DNA from: Octopus vulgaris
Lineage: Eukaryota
Assembly (NCBI GenBank): GCA_951406725.2
Contig: OX597833.1
Location: 69,502,001-69,566,000, forward strand
Direction of reading: 5' to 3'
Length of the DNA stretch: 64,000 nt
The first letter of the stretch is position 1, and every line of letters starts with the position of its first letter. Under the pieces are notes generated by a model that was given only the letters and a program-made list of their open reading frames with translations, was not told the DNA's origin and searched no databases. Shown here piece by piece: positions 54,160 through 64,000 of this stretch. Both the position numbers and the translations under genes were made by a program.

Positions 54160-54290
54160 TGTATGTATGTATGTATGTATGTATGTATGCATGTATGTAT
54201 ATATGCATGTATGCATGCATGTATATATATATATATATATATTATTTATATTATTATTTGATTGAACATCACGCATCCATTTCGAAGTAA

Positions 54291-54562
<272 letters not shown>

Positions 54563-54567
54563 CTAGA

Positions 54568-55600
54568 CTAGTAAGTGCATCCGTCCTTTGGACGCCATAA
54601 TGTAATGTAATGGTGAACTCCCGTGGGCGGTTTCAGTTGAATTATCCCGCAGTTAAAAGTCGTTTGAAGTTGATAAACGTAAAATGTATAATTATCATTT
54701 TCGTTCGCAGTTTATGATATGGAATTAAGCAACTTAGGTACTGAATAGATGTTTTCTAGCACAAATTTGGCAAATTGTAATAAATGAAAGTCCTAGAAAT
54801 GAGATCGCAATTACCGTGGGCATTAGGGATGCTATATGTTGCTTGAAACGTTTTGTATCGTATATTTTTTTTTCGCTTAATGCCTGACACAACCGCATTG
54901 AAGCTTTTTTTTTTCAATCAAATTCGTGTATGATAAAGAAAAGCAAACATGCATAGCAAACACACAAATAAAATAATGGCATGTGCAAAAATAAATGTCA
55001 GAGCGTGCTCATGGCGGAACAGCGTACGTGAAGTAAGAAGAGAATCATTGAAGATGATGTACTGTTAATAGCAGTCGTGGAAATGAATCAAAACATCAAT
55101 GAAACACTTGCAGGAAGTCTGATTACTAACGGCTACAGCTTGGCGTAAATGAGAAGATTTCAGTAGAGGAATAATTACTGTGGGGCTGCTTTATAATTGG
55201 TATTTTTCTTTTTTTTTTTCATTCAGGAGCATAGATGAATAAGTTGTCTGGATGGCCATTTCTGGAACAATCGACGTAGAACTGTACATGTGAAAAGCTG
55301 GACCTTCGAAGGTCGAATTCGACAACTTTCAGTGATTGACCTTGTGCTTTGTTAATTGTAATGGTGTAGCTGATTTTGAGAGGGAACTGAAGTTTCCGCA
55401 TAGGGTAGGGGCAGCCTGTTAGGGGTTAGCGGAATTTTCGAAATGAAAACGGTATAGTTTTTGTTGTGTCCTGTGATAATTTGGGCTTCAATGACGTTGT
55501 CCATCATTTGTTTGACCACAAGACGAGTTCAATTGCATAGTGTGGGTGCGTTTAATTTTTTATTCTGGCTGGTCAAGGAAAAAATGTCTGATGGGGATGG
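54568..55600 (-). mobile_element. Helitron 3' relic with PIF1-type helicase C-terminal pseudogene
   Basis: LNAPTLCN*TRLVVKQMMDNVIEAQIITG..VFISKIPLTP, frameshift, LQFPLKISYTITINKAQGQSL..FSHVQFYVDCSR (55219-55600); 3' hairpin CGTCC-AAA-GGACG then CTAG at 54568-54594. Confidence 0.88.
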
Positions 55601-56084
55601 AAAAAAAAAATCAAACCTTCTGCAAGAATTACGAAGATACGATGTAGTACAACGGGTAAGGAACTCAATTTAAATCATACATAACCGCAACACACGCTAA
55701 TTTTTCATAATTACGATTGGAATTTCAAAATAATTGGCATAATAAATTAATTATTTTAACACCAAATTAGATACACACGCACGCACACAAACAAACACAC
55801 AGAAACTCACATACACAAATTCACACACTTACATAAACACAGCAGACGAACATATAGATGTGTATGTATGCGTGTATATATATGTGTATGCATGCGCGTG
55901 CATGTGTGTGGATGTATACCTACACGCACAACTGCATCAATTTTACATCATTCATGAAATACATTTAATAATTTTACCTATAAGTCTCCCTCTCTCTCTC
56001 TCCCTCTCCCTTCCTCTCTCCATCTTTCTCTCTCAATATATATTTATGAATACATGTATGTGTATATATAATATATATAAATAT

Positions 56085-56145
<61 letters not shown>

Positions 56146-56244
56146 ACATACATACGTACATACATACATACATACGTATTCACAGACTCACAGACCCTTT
56201 TTTAACTGCGTATTATTCTGTTCAGCTCTAATCTCCAATTAGTT

Positions 56245-56348
56245 GGTGATGATGATGAGGATGATGATGACAACGATGACGACGACATTGTTCATGATGA
56301 TGATGATGATAATGTTGTTGATGTTGATTCTTCTTCTTCTTCTTCTTC

Positions 56349-56397
<49 letters not shown>

Positions 56398-56399
56398 CA

Positions 56400-56479
<80 letters not shown>

Positions 56480-56585
56480 AATATTATTATTATTTATTAC
56501 CATGAGCATCATCATCTTTAATATTAATACTAGCATTACCACCACTACTAACAATACAGATATTATTAGTAGCAATAGTAGCTTC
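56245..56585. repeat. compound (GAT)n(CTT)n(ATT)n microsatellite
   Basis: Directly visible. Confidence 0.95.
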
Positions 56586-56837
56586 TCCCTACGCTATAAT
56601 ATAAAACTATTTCACAATTATAACCGCTTTTCTTATTGACACTAATTATAGTTTTAACTGAAATCGTCAAAATTCCGCATGAACATAACAGTTATTACGT
56701 GTAAGAAACTCATTGGATAATATCGTAATCAAGTCTTACAATATAAAACCAATGATACACACACATATCTATGTATGTACGCAGAGATATACATATATGT
56801 ACGTATTTATAACACACATATATATCTATATGTGTGC

Positions 56838-56872
<35 letters not shown>

Positions 56873-56876
56873 CATG

Positions 56877-56913
<37 letters not shown>

Positions 56914-57638
56914 GCATATATATATATATATATATACATATATACATGCATTCATATATATATATATATATATACATACATATATACATACATATATATA
57001 TATTTATATACATATATAATATACGTATATATATATATATATATATATGTATATAAATGTATGAACCACACACCGATATGCGTATATATGCAATATATAT
57101 ATATGTGTGTGTGTGTGTATATATATGTGCACGTGTAATTTTGTGTCTGCTTTGCGTAAATCATTGAAAGGTGTTTTTGTGTTTGTGTATGCGTGTGTAT
57201 GCGCACGCGTGTGCGATCGTGGGTATCTCTATCTTAGTCTATATCTCTCTCATTCGGTTTCTCCCTCTCTCCGCTTCATCTCTCTCTCATTCTGTTTCGC
57301 CTTTTCTCTCCCTCTCTAACACTCTCTTTCGCACTCTCCCCTTCTTTACAGTACGTCTCTAATCGGGAAATTCAAAATTTGATATTTGATCAAAACCATG
57401 AATTACGAATCTTCGCGAAGAAAACTGAATTTCGAGAGGAACCAATCGAAGGCGTAACATCGATTTTTCGGTTCCCTTCGTTGTAACAGGTAAAACAAAG
57501 ACATCCGTAGAATTTTCTTCCCAGTTCTAGTTTATCTAGGACCAGGGTTTATCATATATACAGAGAGAGAAAGAGAGAGGGGAAGAGTGAAAGAAAGCGA
57601 GCGAGATAAACAGAGACAGACACACAGACAGATATATT

Positions 57639-57701
<63 letters not shown>

Positions 57702-57867
57702 CGATAGATAGATAGATAGTTATTATATTATGACTAATTTAAAAGAAAAACTTAACAATATACATACATGTATAGCATATTATACTTTACATATATAAAT
57801 ATATAAAATATGAAAATACCAGTAATTACTAAAATATATAAGGTAGAGCATAGGAAATACAATAGTA

Positions 57868-57989
57868 TCTTACAGCTGTTTCAGCCAAGAGGTCATAGTA
57901 CCCCACTTTACTTCCATCCCTTCAGTGAACTGAAGTATTTGGTAGATAAGGTTAAGGTACTTGGGTGTGCCTCTGGGCTTCGTCAGAGA
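57868..57989 (-). ncRNA. type-I hammerhead ribozyme-like motif with long stem II
   Basis: TCT-CTGACGA-AGCCCAGAGG...CCTCTTGGCT-GAAAC-AGCT-GTA-AGA; palindromic stem III ACAGCTGT, GUA site. Confidence 0.75.
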
Positions 57990-58417
57990 GTTTAGAAAGT
58001 TCATAAGTTTAAGTTATATGTATATATACATACATATATATATATACATAAATATACATAAATACATACATATACATTTATATGTACATATATATATATA
58101 TGTATAATAAAGAAATAATATATATATATGTATACAAAGAATTCAATAGGATTTATATTATTCCAATTAGATAAAGTATAAACAGAGGAAAGAAAAAATT
58201 ATCAAAAGAGAAATAATTGTGGAATTTAAATATATAATAGAGACATTCTTTCTGGACTGTTTTTGCACAGTTCTATCGAGTATAACTCTAACATTTTAGT
58301 CGGCCAGAGAATCGTATTTAAATTCCCACTGAGGCGATACTGAAATTAAAAAACGTAAACTGAACTCTCTTAACTACACTACCAGCACGCAGCAATGATC
58401 GTATCATATATATATAT

Positions 58418-58534
<117 letters not shown>

Positions 58535-59869
58535 TATATATATAATAACATGCATCCAACGTATTCTGACGTCGTCGTGTCAGTATTTTCTAGAATTTCC
58601 ATGCCCCCCGATACTTTGTGTCTGCACGAAATACAGATATTTCCGTTTATTCAAAGAGAATTTCTTTAAAATACAGCGAAAATAGAAAAATATACCAAGG
58701 AATGCTAATTTGATGGATCAAAGGAATTTCGTCTGTAACTAGAATATTTGCTGAATCTATTTTGCAAGAAAATATACAGTAAACGTGATTCGTTCGTCGG
58801 AAATAGAAGGGTCTTCGTCTTAAATCATATTTCGGTTGAGGTTGCTTGTCTTTAATGTAACTGCGAAGTTATATAACGTACTGCAACAAAGGCCGTGTGA
58901 ACTCGATAGAACTCATCGATATATATTTATCATCTCATATTGTACCTACAGCAACAATTATATTCACGGTATGTCTTTGGTTTATGACGTTAAAATATAT
59001 CAGGATATATTCGCAGTTTTGTTGAAGTTAAACTGAAACTAATGCTATTCTGTTGCCAATATATCAGAAAGAAACTCAGGGAAAAAGCCATCGTAAACAT
59101 GGGTTGTGAACATATCTTTTCATCTGCCATTTCAGCCAAATATTTGTGCTACAATATCAGCGATGCAAAAGAGAAACAAAAAAAAAACACTTCTTCCGTT
59201 AAGGTATCCATTTTGTGAATAAGGAACAACCAAAAAAAAAAAGAAAGAAAGAAAAATACACAAAAATAAAAAACAATAAAACTTAGGCAATTTTCTTTCC
59301 ATTTTGCCACTCACATTTGTGCTGATAAAATATCATCTTACCATAGAATATCCGATATTTTGTTTATATTGTAGGCTTGAATTCCAAATATCCGTAAGAG
59401 CTCTCCCCTTCAAACTACTCCTGTTTTTCGCTATTCCTAATGTACTTCAGTAAAATTCTCCTAGATACGCCTGTGCAATTACATCGCACCCCACACACAC
59501 GTGCGCACACTCGCGTACGCACACTCGCGTACGCACATACACACGCACACACAAACACACTCACACACACACATATATGGGAGTGAACATTAATGAAATG
59601 AGTACAATTCCTAACGGGTAGTTGTACGGAATAGGTGTTTCCATGAATATAATATACAGGCTATGCTATACATATAATGTTTTGTTTGTTTTTTTTTGGC
59701 ATTTTATAAATTGTAAACATGCTCATATACTGCAAACTATACGTTAATTTCAATATATCTAATGTTTGCCTTAGATGGAATATTCTTATCAAAAGTAATC
59801 AAACAACTCGATACAACTTCGGTCAACTTCCCCTATCTGTTGTTTCGAAATTACTGCCATTCTGTGCAA

Positions 59870-60039
59870 ACACACATACATATACGACGTGCTTCTTTCA
59901 GTTTCCGTCTACCAAATCCACTCACAAGGCTTTGGTCGACTCGAGGCTATAGTAGAAGACAGTTGCTCAAGATACCGCGCAGTGGGACTGAACCCGAAAC
60001 CATGTGGTTGGTAAGGAAGCTACTTACCACACAGCCACT
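59870..60039 (-). mobile_element. SINE family A 5' half
   Basis: High similarity to 9760-9915. Confidence 0.85.
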
Positions 60040-60705
60040 ACTACGATTATTATTATTGTTATTATTATTATTATAAAATGAAAACTCATGACTTGTTTTT
60101 CTGGGTGTGATGGAAAGTGTCAGCTTCCGCAGCCATATTCTTATCAAAAGTAATCAAACGATTCGTGACAACTTCAGTCAACTTCCTCTATTCGTTGTTT
60201 CGAATTTACTACCTAATTTTTTTTTTCTGTATGTAAGCATTTAGATATATCAATAAACAGATCAATATACAGACGTATAGGTATATAGACTATATGAACA
60301 GACACATATGGAGACACGGATCCACACACATAGAGATGCACATCCATACATACAAACATGGTACATAGTTACATAACACACACACACACACAGATATGCA
60401 CACACAAGGAGACAGAGGTGCATACATATACAAACACATGCTCACACACAAACATACATAGAAAATTCACAAACACGGACATACAAGCATATAAATATGC
60501 AGGATACGTACATACAGATGCACACACATACATCCACCCATATGCATACACACACCTATATACATACATACACATGCAAACACACACACACATACATACG
60601 TACATGTATGCATGTATAGGCACACACACACACACACACTGACCCACACACATCCGCACAAACAAACAAAAGGGAACGCAGTGTAAATAACGGACAGAGT
60701 CAAGA

Positions 60706-60742
60706 CTATTGAAAAGGTTGCAAGACGCAACGAAAATTTTAG
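60706..60742 (+). ncRNA. U3-A8 variant hammerhead-like motif
   Basis: CTA-TTGAAAA-G-GTTGC-AAGAC-GCAAC-GAAA-ATT-T-TAG; palindromic stem III AATT; followed by the same 3' tail as 31913-31988. Confidence 0.6.
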
Positions 60743-60835
60743 AAATTAAAAAATAAGAAATGAGTGGAAATTTTACCGGTGAGTGTGTTAAATAATAAGG
60801 CACTAAAAGAGAATGACTCTCCCCAGACACAACAG

Positions 60836-60842
60836 ATTATTA

Positions 60843-60906
<64 letters not shown>

Positions 60907-60929
60907 CATCATTATTATTATTATTATTA

Positions 60930-60972
<43 letters not shown>

Positions 60973-60985
60973 CATCATCATCATG

Positions 60986-61041
<56 letters not shown>

Positions 61042-61073
61042 CATCATGATTATTATTATTATTATTATTATTA

Positions 61074-61125
<52 letters not shown>

Positions 61126-61138
61126 CATCATCATCATG

Positions 61139-61179
<41 letters not shown>

Positions 61180-61222
61180 CATCATCATCATCATGATTAT
61201 TATTATCATTATTATTACTATT
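60836..61222. repeat. (ATT)n microsatellite with periodic ATC/ATG interruptions
   Basis: Directly visible. Confidence 0.95.
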
Positions 61223-61313
61223 GGAGTAGTTGCACAGACTGAGACTGATCCTAAAATCGAAATTAAACGGAAGGAATAAGATCCAATCTATTATTATTAT
61301 TATTATTATTATT

Positions 61314-61866
61314 GAGTGAGAGAGCAGTTCATGCCATCAAAGTGACACTGGGGTAAAATATACGAAGCCCAATATACCCATCATGACTACCCGTCTGATA
61401 AAGGTACACCAGGCACATGCATCACAACCATATGTGCGCGACATGGTGATCTCATATCAAGATAAACAGCACATGACCTTGCAGGTGGGGCCCAGTTAGA
61501 ATTTTCTTCAGGTTGAGTAGCCCATCCCGCTCAAACGGTCCCTGAATAAGGGTTGTTTAAGGATGTTGAAAGAACCACCCATGTTTCCAGAGGTGAACTA
61601 TTCAAACCCCAAACAATCCCTCTCAACACATGGCTATGATGCTCCCCCACTACTTCTGCTCGTGATCAGAGATGCACATATCGTCAGCCACTAAGGGACA
61701 TGCTCAACTGGTTAAGGTCAAACAACTGACAAGCAAATCTGTGGTATTGAGCAGAATATTTGCTGTAGCCCATCTTTTATACCAAGACAAAACAATGTAC
61801 ATGATAACACTACTAATCAGTTAAGATCAGAAGCCATGAGAGCCACTGCCTGGTACTGCATCAGGG

Positions 61867-61868
<2 letters not shown>
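61314..61868. mobile_element. ~555-bp element embedded in (ATT)n
   Basis: GC-richer non-coding block with sharp borders and pure (ATT)n on both sides; class uncertain. Confidence 0.5.
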
Positions 61869-61951
<83 letters not shown>

Positions 61952-61952
<1 letters not shown>

Positions 61953-62063
61953 CGGTCACTGCTTGGAATCGAACTCGGAATCTTGTGGTTAGTAGCCCGC
62001 AACTCTTAACCACCACGCCATATCCCCACGGGCATATCCGTCAAATGTAAATAATGTAAATAA
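61952..62063 (-). mobile_element. family D SINE head joined to an inverted copy of its own tail
   Basis: Minus-strand head TGGCGTGGTGGTTAAGAG..GAGTTCGATTCC; plus-strand TATCCGTCAAATGTAAATAATGTAAATAAT matches 47190-47219. Confidence 0.75.
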
Positions 62064-63123
62064 TATATATTTCAAATGTTTCTTAAGAGTAAAAAGATAT
62101 TGGTTATCGATGTTATTTATTAAATATGTGTTTTTACCGATATACAAGTAAAACTTTTCGCCACAATCTCTCACAGCAATCTCATATATACAATTTCCAA
62201 TGAGCATGAGTGTAAAAATCGATACTTAAACTTATTGATTTCTAAGTGTGAAACACCTCAAGAAGTAACTAATATATTGGCGAAATGGACCCAACAGAAG
62301 ACCAATGCATTCGTGTGTAATGCGAGCATTACGCATAAAGAAGAATAAGTTAGAATTTGAAATTCAATTCTAACAGATAAAAAATCAAGACATTTTATGC
62401 CACTTTCTGTTTTGTCGTGGCATCAGTTTTTATTGCACAAATAGGAAATGTTCCTTACGTAATAAATAAATTGCTAAAAACGATTTGAAGACGTATAAAA
62501 TTCTTATACTAGGTTGAAGTTATGCATCATCGCTCTCATAGTTTCTGTCATTGGACGGTGACCATGCAGTAGCACCATTTAAAGTTGTGTTTTGATCAAT
62601 AAAAACAAAGTCTATAATTGTTTTAGTCTGGGACTTAACTGATCCATTTTCTATTCATCGAAATGCTACGTTTTACTGTTTGACGTACATGTATTTTGAT
62701 ACAGACACTATGCCGCTAAATGTAAAAATTGGACACCGACACACGCACAAACACACACATACAGACATACACTCACAAATACGCACATACACACACATAC
62801 AGGCGTGCGCTCACTCGGATACATACACATAGTCAAATTAATGAGGGTCTCTTGTTGCTTCGGCCAATGAAAGTTCAGCAAGATACATCCTGGTCAGTTT
62901 AGGAGTTTGGCAAGTGTCTCTACTTTCCCGTCTGGCAAAATAATAAGTACTTAAAAACTGTAAGTTCTTCGGTCGACTTGCTCGACTGAAATCCTTTAAC
63001 GCAGTGCCCCAACATGGCCGCAATAAGATGACTGCAACGAGTAAAAGAATGTATATGATAGATCGTTAGCTCCTACACGCATTTTTTCTCTCCTTGTTTC
63101 TCTCCTTGTTTTTTTTTTTCTGT

Positions 63124-63165
63124 GTATCTTTCTGTCGAAGAGCGTAGGCTCGAAACGTAAAATAC
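63124..63165 (+). ncRNA. hammerhead-like motif, A6U variant
   Basis: GTATCTTT-CTGTCGA-A-GAGC-GTAG-GCTC-GAAA-CG-TA-AAATAC; degenerate copy at ~30058-30096. Confidence 0.5.
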
Positions 63166-63261
63166 TTTTTCTATTTCTATTCCTGAGCGCCATACTGATA
63201 CATTTTTTTGTTTGTACTCCACCTGCCTTCGTCTTTTGTTTATTTTCGTAAACCTTCTCGT

Positions 63262-63293
<32 letters not shown>

Positions 63294-64000
63294 CTTGTAG
63301 GCGACAGGTTGCTATCAGTTTCCGTTTGCATAATCAACTGGCAAGTCTCGTGACCGACTCTCGTTTATAGTAGAACCCATTTGCAAAAGAGACCACACAG
63401 AGGGCTTCGAGCCGAAACCGCACCGGCTTCGAAAGAAACTTTTCAGCGGTACGGTCATTCCTCTATCTGTGTACGCGTGCCGTATTCGGTGTGTGCGTGT
63501 GCGTGTGTTTAATCTGAGGCTATGGGTCGGACATCAAAGCTGAAATAGCGTTTCTATAAAAAGAAAGACGCAGAAAGTCGATTAATGAATAAATAGGAGT
63601 GAAACGACTCGTTTTAGCACGCTCCTTTCATGTTATTTTCTTGTTATTTTGACAGGTAAATCAGAGATAAACAATTAGATAACAATATAACTACAACATT
63701 GGCGACGAACAGACAGTCGTAGTTTGTTTTCTATTGATTTGAACAACATAAAGTTACAACGTTTCATTTACTGATTTTAAAAGTGAGGGGTTTTATGTTT
63801 CAATGTTATACAAATAGAAAAAGGAAATTGCAAGTTAGTGCTATAGTATATGTCAAATTGACAACACCGTTGTGTAAAGTTCGGTTCTGCACGAGAAGAT
63901 ATTTCGCTAACAAATATATATTGTTGACTTGGAATCTTAAATGGCTTTTGGTAAATGGTAGCAGCAAGAAGCTTCGTTGTCCTCTCCTTTTAATAGGAAT

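Overview
AT-rich, repeat-dominated animal genomic DNA, most likely an octopus/coleoid cephalopod (inferred from the SINE families and microsatellite load, not proven). No confidently identifiable host gene; almost all of the supplied ORFs are microsatellite translations. The only reasonable coding candidate is a ~105-aa ORF with a C-terminal hydrophobic helix at 11342-11659 (-). The window holds many tRNA-headed SINEs (at least 4 families), a decayed mariner, two piggyBac-type TTAA MITEs, Helitron relics, CR1-like and RTE-like LINE fragments, and Penelope-like element (PLE) fragments. The main hidden signal is about a dozen minimal type-I hammerhead-ribozyme (HHR)-like motifs from several unrelated repeat families. 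Each has a palindromic stem III, and several sit in head-to-head inverted repeats typical of PLE insertion. Across families the core shows C3-G8, G3-C8 and U3-A8 versions of the known 3-8 tertiary pair. One HHR lies inside a tRNA-headed SINE that also shows a PLE-type inversion. All ribozyme calls are by-eye motif and pairing matches; activity is untested.
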